From NCBI GenBank assembly GCA_964016885.1, contig OZ024746.1, positions 21,266,001-21,330,000 of the forward strand: 64,000 nucleotides of DNA. Reading direction: 5' to 3'. The notes under the pieces are model-generated. The model saw only the letters and a program-made list of their open reading frames with translations. It had not been told where the DNA came from and ran no database searches. Of the stretch, positions 49,385 through 63,474 are shown in pieces; the first letter of the stretch is position 1; each line of letters opens with the position of its first letter. This DNA comes from Eledone cirrhosa (Eukaryota). Position numbers and translations under genes: made by a program.

Positions 49385-51795
49385 ATCATCATCATCATCA
49401 TCATCACCGTTTTACGTCCGTTCTTCCACGCTAGCATGGGTTAGACGGGTTGTCCTGTTGTGGGCAGTGTCTGGTCGGCTGACCATGCCTTGCTCATACA
49501 GGAACTGATCTGGCTTGATTTCTACAGCTGGATGCCCTTCCTAACACCAACCTCATTTACAGTGAGTGCTGGGTGCTTTTTCGTGGCGCCTACACGTCCA
49601 CTTTACAGTGTGGGCTGGGTGCTTTTTTGCCGTGGCACCTCCACGGCCACCTTGCGGTGGGGGGGGGGGGGCATATTGTTTATATGCTTCAGCATGTACC
49701 CATGGGAGGTCGGGTACCCTGTATTACTGCGTGACGCCAGAAGTCACGGTCGTGTGTCATTGACTTTGAGAGGTGTAGTTGGGTAAGGTCGGCTTTTATC
49801 ACCTCATCCCAAGTCATCTTGGGTCTCCCCACTCCGCGGTTTCCATCAACTTCTAGTGCTCTGCACCTTTTTATGCAGCTGTCATCCTTCATACGCATCA
49901 CATGTCCATACCAGCGTAACCGCCTCTCCTGCACGCAGCATTTGATTCCTCTTATGCTCAGTCTCTCTCTCAATTCATTTATGCTTTGTCGTTCACGTAT
50001 ATTACTGTTACACATCCATCGGAGCATGCAGGCTTCGTTTCTCTCTAATCTACGTAAGTCTTCCACCTTCAGCGCCCAGGTCTCACTACCATGCAACATC
50101 GCTGTTCGGATACACGCATCATACAGTCTGCCTTTCATTCTGAGGGAGAAGCCTTTTGCAGCTAGCAGTGGTAGTAGTTCCCTAAACTTCTTCCATCCCG
50201 TTCTTACCCTAGTTATTGTACTTTCTGAGCACCCACCTCCGTTGCTAATTCGGTCACCTAGGTAGCAGAAGCTGTCTACTGTTTCTACAGGGCCCTCCCA
50301 GAGATTGGTGGTACTTGTTTCCTGTGGCTGTTTGCTTGCTGTTTCAGCACAGCTGCTGCATGTGAATCCTACATTCTTAATTAAGCTTCCTGAGATCCCG
50401 CTACATCTCTTGTGTACCCATTGTTTGCATTTGGGGCAAAGAATGGAGTTCCTACCTACACCTTTCCTACATACTGAGCAAGGCCATTTCCCTGAGGGGA
50501 TCTGGGTTCTGTTTTCTCGTCTACTTATAAGGACCTTAGTCTTTGTCATGTTGACTTTGAGGCCCTTTCTCTCTAGTCCCTGCTTCCAGGTTTGGAATTT
50601 ATTCTCTAGTTCTACCATAGATTCAGCTATGAGTGCGAGGTCATCAGCATACAGGAGTTCCCATGGGCATCCGGTCTTAAACTCCTCCGTTATTGCCTGC
50701 AGGACTATGATGAACAGGAGAGGGCTAAGAACAGAGCCCTGGTGGACCCCAACCTGTACGCTAAATTCCTCGCTATACTCATTGCCAATCCTAACTTTGC
50801 TGACTGCTCCCCTATACATGGCTTGTACCGCTTTCACAAGCCATTCATCTACTCCTAGTTTTCTAAGAGCCCACCAGATTACTGCACGTGGAACTCTGTC
50901 AAAGGCTTTCTCAAGGTCGACAAATGCCAAGTAGAGTGGCTTACTTTTAGCTAGGTACTTTTCCTGTAATTGCCTCACAAGGAAGAGCGCATCAGTGGTG
51001 CCTTTCCCTGGAACAAACCCAAATTGCATCTCGTCTATATTCACCCGGTCCCTAATCAGCTGTGCTATAACTCTTTCTGTTACTTTCATGACCTGGTCCA
51101 TCAACTTTATACCTCTATAGTTTCCTCTATCTAGTGCATCGCCTTTACCTTTGTAGCAGTTGACAATGATGCTACTGCACCAATCTTTTGGTATGGCCCC
51201 CTCTAGTATTACCTGGTTAACGATACGTGTGGTTATAGTGTGACCTACAGACCCAGATGCCTTCAGCATCTCGGCAGCTATACCCGATGGACCGGTTGCC
51301 TTCCCTATCTTCATATCTCTGATTGCCTTACTTACTACGCTGCCGCTGACTTGTACTGCTGGTCCCTCTATAGGGTCTACGTGGGGTAGGGTCTCTTCTT
51401 CCCATGCATTCTCCTCATTTAGTAATCTATCATAATGACTCTTCCATGCATCTTTCTTCTCAGCACTTGTGAGGGCAAGCTCACCTTTATCATTCCGGAT
51501 ACACTTCTCTCCAATGACATCACAACTATCTCTGACACACTGCCTCGCAATCTTGAATACCTCCTGTTTCTGGTCCTCACGTTGTAAAACATGCTTGAAT
51601 TTTCTATCCTCTGCTTCCCTCCTAGCTAAGTATACTTGTCGCCTAGCTTCCCTCTTGGTCTCTATGTAATGTACCCTGCTCCCCCCGTTCTTCCATTCTT
51701 TCCATGCCTGTCTCTTGGCCTTGACTGCTTCATCTACCTTATTGTTCCACCACCAAGTCACTCTCCTCCTGCTTGAGGTCTTACTCCAGCCACAA

Positions 51796-51799
<4 letters not shown>
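49385..51799 (-). mobile_element. 5'-truncated RTE family A copy (RT + PHD + 3' UTR, no APE)
   Basis: Translation identical to the 25260-28379 ORF from VCGWSKTSS onward; same 3' UTR and GAT tail; flanked by (TA)n on both sides. Confidence 0.95.
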
Positions 51800-51833
<34 letters not shown>

Positions 51834-51866
51834 GTATGCATATATAATATATGCATATATAATGTA

Positions 51867-51900
<34 letters not shown>

Positions 51901-51903
51901 GTA

Positions 51904-51945
<42 letters not shown>

Positions 51946-51948
51946 GTA

Positions 51949-52004
<56 letters not shown>

Positions 52005-52119
52005 GTATGCATATATATATATATATATATAATGTATGCATATATATATATATATAATGTATGTATATATATATATAATGTATGCATATATATATATATG
52101 TATATATATATATAATGTA

Positions 52120-52153
<34 letters not shown>

Positions 52154-52447
52154 GTATGTATATATATATATATATATAATGTATGCATATATATATATAT
52201 ATATATATATAATGTATGCATATATATATATATATAATGTATGTATATATATATATATATATATATATAATGTATGTATATATATATATATAATGTATGT
52301 ATATATATATATATATATATATAATGTATGTATATATATATATAATGTATATATATATATATATAATGTATATATATATATATATAATGTATGTATATAT
52401 ATATATATATATATATAATGTATGTATATATATATATATATATAATG

Positions 52448-52483
<36 letters not shown>

Positions 52484-52735
52484 GTATGTATATATATATA
52501 TATATATATAATGTATGTATATATATATATATATAATGTATGCATATATATATATATATAATGTATGCATATATATATATATATAATGTATGTATGTATA
52601 TATATATATATATATATATATAATGTATGCATATATATATATATATAATGTATGCATATATATATATATATATATATATAATGTATGCATATATATATAT
52701 ATATAATGTATGCATATATATATATATATAATGTA

Positions 52736-52771
<36 letters not shown>

Positions 52772-52774
52772 GTA

Positions 52775-52812
<38 letters not shown>

Positions 52813-52815
52813 GTA

Positions 52816-52853
<38 letters not shown>

Positions 52854-52905
52854 GTATGCATATATATATATATGCATACATTATATATATATGCATACAT
52901 TATAT
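51800..52905. repeat. Compound satellite [AATGTATG(C/T)A(TA)n], with smaller tracts at 49094-49384 and 54000-54092
   Basis: Dozens of AATGTATGCA / AATGTATGTA units with variable TA spacers; last two units inverted (TGCATACATT). Confidence 0.95.
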
Positions 52906-53999
52906 AAATGGCCTTGCTCAGTATGTAGGAAAGGTGTAGGTAGGAACTCCATTCTCTGCCCCAAATGCAAACAATGGGTACACAAGAGATGTAGCGGGAT
53001 CTCAGGAAGCTTAATTAAGAATGTAGGATTCACATGCAGCAGCTGTGCTGAAACAGCAAGCAAACAGCCACAGGAAACAAGTACCACCAATCTCTGGGAG
53101 GGCCCTGTAGAAACAGTAGACAGCTTCTGCTACCTAGGTGACCGAATTAGCAATGGAGGTGGGTGCTCAGAAAGTACAATAACTAGGGTAAGAACGGGAT
53201 GGAAGAAGTTTAGGGAACTACTACCACTGCTAGCTGCAAAAGGCTTCTCCCTCAGAATGAAAGGCAGACTGTATGATGCGTGTATCCGAACAGCGATGTT
53301 GCATGGTAGTGAGACCTGGGCGCTGAAGGTGGAAGAATTACGTAGATTAGAGAGAAACGAAGCCTGCATGCTCCGATGGATGTGTAACAGTAATATACGT
53401 GAACGACAAAGCATAAAGGAATTGAGAGAGAGACTGAGCATAAGAGGAATCAAATGCTGCGTGCAGGAGAGGCGGTTACGCTGGTATGGACATGTGATGC
53501 GTATGAAGGATGACAGCTGCATAAAAAGGTGCAGAGCACTAGAAGTTGATGGAAACCGCGGAGTGGGGAGACCCAAGATGACTTGGGATGAGGTGATAAA
53601 AGCCGACCTTACCCAACTACACCTCTCAAAGTCAATGACACACGACCGTGACTTCTGGCGTCACGCAGTAATACAGGGTACCCGACCTCCCATGGGTACA
53701 TGCTGAAGCATATAAACAATATGCCCCCCCGCCCCCCACCGCAAGGTGGTCGTGGAGGTGCCACGGCAAAAAAGCACCCAGCCCACACTGTAAAGTGGAC
53801 GTGTAGGCGCCACGAAAAAGCACCCAGCACTCACTGTAAATGAGGTTGGTGTTAGGAAGGGCATCCAGCTGTAGAAATCAAGCCAGATCAGTTCCTGTAT
53901 GAGCAAGGCATGGTCAGCCGACCAGACACTGCCCACAACAGGACAACCCGTCTAACCCATGCTAGCGTGGAAGAACGGACGTAAAACGGTGATGATGAT
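52906..53999 (+). mobile_element. 5'-truncated RTE family A copy (starts at KWPCSVC)
   Basis: Near-identical to the family A 3' 1.1 kb with a few substitutions (VEDL>VEEL, SINE>SIKE in the translation); GAT tail. Confidence 0.95.
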
Positions 54000-54005
54000 A
54001 ATGTA

Positions 54006-54043
<38 letters not shown>

Positions 54044-54046
54044 GTA

Positions 54047-54090
<44 letters not shown>

Positions 54091-54097
<7 letters not shown>

Positions 54098-54550
54098 ATA
54101 CTTGGGGAGGGTCATATTGTTGTAATAATATTGCCAGAAGTAATAACAGAACACACTCACTGTTTGGTTGGTTTTCGCTTCTGCATCTTTTATATCTCCA
54201 TAGTTAATTCATTCAGCAATCAATGTTTATCACTGACTGACCAACGGCAAAAAATACAAATATAAATACACATATATAATGTCTAACAAAGTTCTTTCGT
54301 TGCACATCTGCAACATCATCAGTGGTACTATTATCATGTTTCCCCCTACTGTATTGTATGTATTATAAATAAAAATGGCATAGATATTTTGACTGTTGGT
54401 CAGTCAGTGATAAACATTGATGGCCAAATGAATTAACTATGGAGATATAAAAGATGCAGAAGCGAAAACCAACCAAACAGTGAGTGTGTTCTGTTATTAT
54501 TTCTGGCAATATTATTACAACAATATGACCCTCCTCAAGTATAACAATAT
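54091..54550. repeat. Inverted repeat, ~160 bp arms, ~130 bp spacer
   Basis: 54091-54253 is the reverse complement of 54387-54550 with few mismatches (same peptide seen in + and - ORF tracks). Confidence 0.9.
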
Positions 54551-54604
54551 TTGTTTTGACACATGATTTCATATAAAAAACCTCGCAAAACATATATATA
54601 ATAT

Positions 54605-55081
54605 ATCATCATCATCATCATCGTTTAACGTCCATCTTCCACGCTTGCATGCGTTTGGACGGGAGTTTTCCCACTTGAGGCAAGAGTGGTTGTCTTGCTC
54701 GCATAGGACTGTCTGGCGAGTTTTCTATGGCTGGATGCCCTTCCTAACACCAACCACGTTTACAGTGTGGACTGGGAGGTTTTTACCGTGTTACCTACAT
54801 GGCTACATTACAGCGTGGACTGTGTTTTTTTTGTCGTGACAGCTACACAACCTCATTTGTTTCAGACTGGATGTTGTGGTACCAACATAACTTTACATTG
54901 AAAGGGGTGGTGTGGATAGGGTGGGTGTAGTGGGACGGGGGTGTATTTTGTTAGAGGTGCCTACTGACTGTAGTAAGTTTCACTTTGTACTTAGGTAAGG
55001 CGGGTCTTCTGTATTACTGTGAAGCGCCAAAGATCTCGGTCCAGTGACATTGTCTTGGAGAGGTGTAAGTGTGTGAGGTCG

Positions 55082-55083
<2 letters not shown>
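54605..55083 (-). mobile_element. RTE family B 3' fragment
   Basis: Reverse-complement match to 34020-34499; GAT tail; TA flanks. Confidence 0.88.
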
Positions 55084-55121
<38 letters not shown>

Positions 55122-55254
55122 AATGTATACACACACACACACACATACATATATACATAGTGACTATAGTAATTGCTCAAGCAATGGAGAAAGAGTGAGA
55201 CTCCTGGAATTCTGTGATGCAAATAAATATTTGTAAAACTAATTTTATGAAACT

Positions 55255-55690
55255 AGCCAGCCAGTTGATCACCTACTAATCTGGTGAATGCACAAGCCAG
55301 ATTGACTTCTAACTTCTTAAAAAACAGGATAGACAGATAGTTATGAATTTTAAGTCCTTCCCTGGTGAAGAATGCACTACCCTATATAAGTTAGTTACTA
55401 GTGACATCAATATAAGCATAAGACAGAACAGGAAATGTAGGAAAATCTGGGTGAGGAAAGTATGGAACCTAAAGGGCCTTTTAGTTAAGTATAGATTTAG
55501 AAAAGCCCCATGGAATGCATATGATGAGAGGAGAGATGAGTTAGATATATATGTCATAGAAGACAATTGGAAGTTCTTACATGACAACCTACTACAGACT
55601 ATTGTTATAGGCTGACCTGGTGGTGGTACAACAGAGTGAATAGAGCCATAAAGGACAAGAGACTGGTATGGAAAGTGGAAAGAATGGTAG
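55255..55690 (+). pseudogene. Degraded internal RTE ORF fragment (end of APE + linker)
   Basis: KSFPGEECT..KLVTSD..RKVWNLK..EDNWKFLHDNLL parallels KAFPSEECT..LVVSD..RKIWKLK..EENWEFLKNNLL of family A; stops follow. Confidence 0.8.
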
Positions 55691-58071
55691 AATGGGAGTA
55701 GAAGGGACCAGTAGTATTTTTTATATTATTTTTCATTCTATGTTTTTATGAAGGACTAATGTCCCAAAAAGTTTACTCATTTCCTACTGTATCAAGCATT
55801 AAACTGATATATATCGGCATTGTACTGAATCGTTTTGCTGTGTTATCTTCCATTTACTTTTCGTATATATATATATATATAAACAAGCAAATTATAAACG
55901 TAAACATGTAAGTATGTTTTTGAAACAGTGCGCGAGTTTGAAATTAGAAATTATAAGCTTTCACCGTATTTTAGACTAAAGATCTGAATATAACCCTCTA
56001 TATTATGTCTGAGAAATAGGAAAAAATCCAAGCTCTGTTTATAAGCCATGTTATGTTTAGATAGCATGAGTAGAGAATATGTTTATGAAGTATTAATATT
56101 TTGATATTTAAAATGTTTTAAGTGATGTTTAGAGTATAGTTTTATGTTTCACAAATCCATTATGTAATGATGTTTTACCAAATTTCCAACTATTTTGAAG
56201 GCCATATTCATTCAAGACATATAGAAAACATTAGGAAATATGAATTTCACTTCAAAAGTGAAACCGATGTAATCTTCGCCTCCTAAATGGAACCAGTGTA
56301 ATATTTACCTCCAAAATGAAAATATTTTAGCACCTATTTATGTAGAATTTTGAAGTAGCCGCAAAATATTGACTAAGAATATAAGCTGGCCCCCACCCCA
56401 CCATTTTACCATCGATTTTTTTTTTTTTGTCACATATTTTTCGGCTTATATATGAGTGTATATGGTAGTCTTGAAAGATCATTTAATCTTACTAGTCTGA
56501 AGATGATCACTGCAGAGTGATATACAAATAGAAAATATTTCAGCATGTTCAATTTCCATGCTTTTAGTAAAATGGAAACAACCTCATAAAGATTTAGCCT
56601 CTATTCATCATCAGATTCCCATGGGCTCTGGCTGAGACTGATGTCAGAAGCATTTATGTTACACAAGATTCTAATAAATTTATCTACTATGGGATAGATA
56701 AGTAATGCAAATATATGTTATTGTTAAGTAGAGAAAGTAAAATAAGTTTAGTTGGAATTTTATGTTTTAACATGGTTTCTAGCAGTCTAAGTGAAAAAGT
56801 TTGCGTTTATCTAAGAAGAGAAGCTAGTTCACATACACAGTTGACAAGGACTTTACTTGTTTTATTTCAACACTAGTCACCACTGTATGAATATCGCAGC
56901 TTAATTAAGAGAGAATACTTAAATCAATAATATCACATCTTTCTTTATTTAACACTTAAAAGGTTTTGCTTGGAAATCAAATATAGGCAAATATTTTGGT
57001 TAAAAAATTTTAAAGCTGGATAAAAGAAGATTTGGTAAATTGTATCCTATCACCAAAGCTGCATTTTGTCTCTTATTAAAACATTTAACCACCACTGGTA
57101 GAGTTCATTCAGCTAAAGATGGGTTAAAATCGAGAGAGCATGGTTAATTAATGAATAACAGAAGACTCTTTGATTCATGAGCCTTTAGTGATGAAGAAAA
57201 TATCATCTAATATAATGAGCAAAATATGTTATTATTTTGATGCCTGGTTTCAATCAAAGAGATAAAAAGCTATATATATTCTGCATTCTCTTCTCTCACT
57301 CTAATTTGGCAACCATTTTAAAGCCAATATTTTTTAATAGATATTTGTTTTATTTTTTCTAACACCCTTTGATAAGATTTATATGAAACAAAGAATGTAA
57401 ACACCTTCATATTTTAAGAAAGATTTAAAGTAAAATGAAAATTATTTCTTCTCTTTAAATCCAGTAAGAAATGTCTTATCTTACTTTTTTTTTTATTACT
57501 GAACCACAAATCTTTCTGTTTCCATATTTTACATTCTATCTATCTGTCAGTTTAATTACCTGTGGGTCTTTGTTTCCTCTTTCTCTTTTATTCTTTCTTT
57601 CAACACATATGCAGACATGTGCGTGTGTGTAAACTTTTCAAGTTAGTAAAGAAAGAGTAAAGAAAGAAATATATGAGGTTGTTGATACTGTAGTTTTTAT
57701 GTTGGCAGTGATGATATTACTACATTTGATGAGTGAACAATGGTAGCTATATTGGTGGTGTTATTTACTAATTGATTGGTTTAACTTAGCCAACTCTGAC
57801 TAGTCATTGATTTAATCTATTGATTCTCATGATAATAACCAACAATAATGAATGCCTTTAATGTCTGGCCAAATGGAACATTCTTCTTCAATTCCTTCAG
57901 TGGATGATATGATGCAATGATGCAGTCTGCACCAAAGATTTTGTATTTTCTTTTAGTGTGCATTTAGTATCACTTTCTCATGTGATATAGCTTTTGAAAA
58001 AATAAAACAAGAAAAAAACCCATCAAATTCACATATTCCAAAGCTTTCTCATAAACTGAGTGTTATAAAAA

Positions 58072-58250
58072 TTGTTTCTACTTTAGGCACAAGGCCAGCA
58101 ATTACCCAGTGCATTACTGGTACTTTATTTTATCGACCCCATAAGGATGAAAGGCAAAGTCAACCTCGGCGGGATTTGAACTCAGATCGTAAAGGGACGT
58201 AACTATGCTGGAAAGCATGGCGACCGACCCTCTACCAATACTGCCAATCA
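58072..58250 (-). mobile_element. Meta-domain-like SINE
   Basis: Full family sequence through GCCAATC head. Confidence 0.85.
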
Positions 58251-58439
58251 ATAATGTAAAGAAGGCAGCTGTGTAGATAAGAATTATTAAGGTATTAGGT
58301 GTTAGATTTTAATTTTAAGCTATTGCAAGTATCACTGCTTTTCTCTGCACAAGACACCTTTCTTCAACCCACTTTACAAAGTGAAATAGATATCAGAATT
58401 TCATGATGATGTTCCCTGAATAACTTCATCATCCAGGTG

Positions 58440-58910
58440 TGCTCTTATATCACAGATCACCATAACTCGTTCTCTCCAGTCTGTTCAGTCTGCCATTGCT
58501 CATGGCAGGTTATCTCAAGTGCATTCAGAATCCTTGCACAGTTGCTTTATGTAGGTTTGATGTGGTCTACCAACATTTGCATACCCATGATTTGGTTCTA
58601 AAAGAAGAACATTGCTGATGATCTACTCCTTTGCTGTCCAGGAATGACTAATGAATCTTGTTATTCTTTCTCTAACGACGTGTTATATTGGTGGTAAATT
58701 ACCATGGAGAAGTTCTTTTGTAGGGTGCTGTCTCTAGATGTCTGGAACAGCTTAAAATATTCTTATATAAGTTTTATGAATCTTTTTTTCAACACTTTGT
58801 TAAAGGCCCTGTTGTACATCCATATAACAGAACTTACTGCACCACCACTTGAAGGAAATCATGTTAAGCATTTCTATTGGGAATAGTGGACCATTCATTG
58901 AACATTATAA
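58440..58910 (-). mobile_element. Old RTE-group LINE 3' relic
   Basis: Broken minus frames read VLLYGCTT, QHPTKELLHGNLPPI, VGRPHQTYIKQL, DWRERV. Confidence 0.7.
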
Positions 58911-59565
58911 TCCTAGAGCTAAATATTTGTCCTTAGTGTATTAGAAACGTTTTTGTTTTAAACCCCAAGATGATCAAACCAATGTTTTCATATAGTTTGA
59001 ATGTTTAAAGTGGGATGTTTGTATGTTGTATCAACATAAAAAAGGGTGTTGACTTAAAAGTTATTCAGCTGGTCAATTAGAAATTTAAATTTAAAATGAA
59101 CCTATGCTGTCTCTACTTTCATGCTGAAGTCTTGAGCTAGTTGTGGTGATGTTATGTCATAGTTTTAGTTAAGCCATTAATGACTATAATTATAATGAGA
59201 GTGGCGTTAATATGCTTAGCCCACCCCTCTGTAACTAATAAAAATAGGAATTTAATGAATATTCATTGAGGCCTTCAGAAAATTGAGACAACTAACATGG
59301 AATAGAGAGGGTCTATACATACTAATGCAATGAATAGAGTAACTGATGTTACTGAAGTGACATATAGATTTATCTATCCATACTTTTATCACATTCACTA
59401 TTGCATATATACATTTGCATGTATATGTATACATTTGCATATAAATTATATTTACAAGCATTTATACAGTTATATTGTTACACACATTTTCACATAAACA
59501 TTAACAAATATATTGTATAACATGAAACACTCAGACTCAAACATACATACCAATACACATCGAAA

Positions 59566-60123
<558 letters not shown>

Positions 60124-60296
60124 GACGGACATGACACATAAGGCACACAAGCAACAGGTTGCCAATCGAACATATTCAAGTTTGAGCTTTTGAATTAATG
60201 CCAGGAAAGATTGCCAAAAAGAATGATACTTGTTTTATTTATTTGCTTTCATGTATTGACTACTATTACTACTGCTATTACTACTGCTGCTACTGC

Positions 60297-60327
<31 letters not shown>

Positions 60328-61438
60328 TGTTATGAATTATCAAGTTCTCAAAGCTCCAACGTCCATATTTTTCTGGGATTCTTTTTTGTTCTTTCTATCA
60401 TTAAAAGGTTTCAGGACATTTAACCGTCTCCCCTATTCTCTGGGACAGGGACAAAATTTGTCTCTAGACATTTTAAATGCTTTAAACATTTTTAACAAAT
60501 AGCCATTTGCAATGTGTACATGATGGTTATTTGTCAAAAATATGCAGACAGAAAGAATGGAGAAGGTATGTTACAAATTACAAGATTAGTGTTTAGAGTT
60601 AGGGTTTAGGATTAGTGTTTAATAATAAAATATATAGTTGGGATTAAATGGAGAAGGGATGATTAAAAAAAACTGAATTTGCTGAATCATAATCTTCGAT
60701 ATATAAATTATTGAAATCTGAAGAAATTAAAAAAAAGCAAAAATGAATAGTTATTGAGCACAGCATCTACATATATCATCATCATCATCACTATTTATTT
60801 TTCATGTTTGTATAGGTTAGATGGGTTGTCATGTAATGAGTCGTCACATGTCGGATGCTCACATCTTGTTTCTACTTTTCGTTTTAGGCTGGGTTTCCAT
60901 GGCTGGATGACCTTCTTAATTTCACATTCCATATATATTGTAAATATATTAAAAATATGACTGAATTGTCATGTTTGGAAGGCCTTTCATTTGTTTTCTT
61001 TTTTAGTGAACATTTTAAGAAGTAAAAGATAATCATGTAACTCAACATATATGAATAATGGTTTCTGATTTAGGCACAAGACCAGCAATTTTGGGGGGAG
61101 GGAAAAGTCAATTAAATTGACCCTAGTGCATGACTGGTACTTTAATTCATTGACCCCATACATATGAAAGGCAAACATATATGAATAATGATATAATATT
61201 GTGTTCAAAACAATGTTTGCGCAGAATTACTGATTTGCATTTATCACATTAATCACTAACTGTACGCTTTATTTCTCGTGCAACAATGACAATATTAATA
61301 TATATATATATATGTCATCATCATCATCATCATCATCATCATTGTTTAACCTTTATTTCCAATGCTAGCATGTATATGCATATATTATATGCTAGCGTGG
61401 AAGATGGACGTTAAACAATGATGATGATGATGATGATG

Positions 61439-61472
<34 letters not shown>

Positions 61473-62794
61473 AGGAAAAGAGTCAGGACCCCGAAGGCTG
61501 AGTTCTGGCCGTTTTGACAGCTAGTTCAGATGGGGCTGATCCATTGGGATCCTGAGTCTTTTGCTATTAATTCTACTACCCTAAGTATTCTACTACCCTA
61601 AGTATCGAGTAATCTGGTGCGTCCACCTGATTCCTTACCACACTTTCTTGTTATATATATGTATATATATATATGTATATATATATATGCATACAAAAAG
61701 TAAACAGAAATGACACAGTAGAATGAAGAAATATATTAGTTTCATGCTTGATACGGTAGGAAAAGAGTCTTTATGTTTTGGGCACACGTCTTTCGTCAAA
61801 AGATAGAATGAGAAATAAAAGATGAAATAGAGAGTGAGAAAAGGAAGGAACAGAAAAAAATTTCATTTTGAGAAACATTTCTTCATTTCATGGGTCACAT
61901 CATTTTAGATCACAGCCTTAATTTCATTTGTTTGAGTATAATTTTTCCTAAGTGAACAAAAATAATATATTTATTCTTCATTTCTTCATCCAATTATCAC
62001 TATTATTTCTTCTTCTTCTCTTCTTCTTTTCTTTTTTCTTTTCTTCTTCTTTTCTTTTCCTTCTTCTTCTCTTTTCTTTTCTTTTCTTCTTTTCTCTTCT
62101 TCTTCGTCAAAAGAAAGGAGAGATAGTGAGAGAGGGTGTGTGTGATGGAGAGAGAGAGATTTGTAAACAGTTAATCAAAGAAGTGAAACGCTCCTCTATA
62201 TTCTTCATGCATGCCGTGGCCTATAGCAGGTATTTTATATTCAAAGAAATGATATAACCACAAAGGATAAATAAATGTTACTTCGTTGTAATGCAACCCC
62301 TTTTTTCTTCTTTTCTCTCCCTTTACCAGTAAACATTGATCATATATATGTTTATATATGTATGTATAAATATGTGTGTGTATATGTATATATTTGTATG
62401 CCTACATGTGCATCTGTATGTGTATCTATTTATATACTTACATATATATAATTATATGTATAATTTCAAAAAAGTTCACATGACTAAGACTTTAGAATAA
62501 AAATTCAAAACAGGACGAAGACAATGAAAAAAACAAAAAAAAACAATGAAAAACAGTCAGACTGTCCCATCTTCTGAGTCAATATCTAGGAAACCATTAT
62601 GATTTTGGTTCATTAAGGTTGATACTGTTCATTCCAGGACACATTGGGACAACAAAAAAGGTAGAGACAAGTTGTGTTGAAAGCAATATATGTGCACCCC
62701 TTATTTAAAAAAAAAATAAATATATATATACTTATATATATATGTGTGTGTATATACTCATCTATTTATATTTATATACTCTCTCTCTCCCTCT

Positions 62795-62839
<45 letters not shown>

Positions 62840-63164
62840 TACACATGTGTGTGTGTGTGTGTGTATTGGTAAATGGGATCTGTGTATATTCCAGTTTGAG
62901 TGGAGACTGGACTAACAGATACACTTAATGTTTGATACAAAGAATGATCAGAGGAAGCAGATATATTCATGTTGTTAATCTCCACATTACTAGTGGAAGG
63001 AAGTAAAGATGACGATATGAAATAGTTTCCTTTCACTTACAAGGCAAACGTAACAAGTTTGGAAAAGAAGCTTTTACAACTGAAATTGTAAAAGAAATAA
63101 ATAAAATAGCTGTAGCGTGACTTGGGAATAGTGATGAAATATTTTATGTTTGAATAATGATAAT

Positions 63165-63455
63165 AATTGTTTCTACTTTAGGCACAAGGCCAGCAATCTG
63201 GGGGGAGTTGAAAGTCTATTAAATTGACCCCAGTGTGTTACTGCTACTTTACCCTATTGACCCTGTAAAGGTGAAATGCAAAGCTAACCTTGGCAGGATT
63301 TGAAGTCAGAAAGTAAAGGGCTGTAACTCTATGCCGCGAAGCAAGATATCCAACACTCTTCCAATACTGCCAATCTACAAATAATAATAATAACAATCTA
63401 CATTTGACACTAGGCCAGCAATTTGAAGGGAAAGAGAAAGTCGATTAAATTGACT
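63165..63455 (-). mobile_element. Older Meta-domain-like SINE plus fragment
   Basis: Family motifs, ATA-rich flanks. Confidence 0.7.
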
Positions 63456-63474
63456 CCTCAAGAGTTTTGACATG

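Noticed and set aside
49689-52877. 1062-aa ORF with a Tyr/Ile/His-rich N-terminus fused to RT
   Set aside because: The first ~360 aa are the TA satellite, which lacks stop codons on the minus strand; the real coding part is a 5'-truncated LINE.
52774-52905. Apparent N-terminus of the 310-aa PHD-first ORF
   Set aside because: Satellite read-through; truncation just before the PHD finger is explained by AATG microhomology.
55963-56467. Possible pogo/Tc-like element with CCGTA..TATGG ends
   Set aside because: TIR match too degenerate to support by eye.
60585-60620. Interstitial telomeric repeat
   Set aside because: Only one exact TTAGGG among degenerate units.
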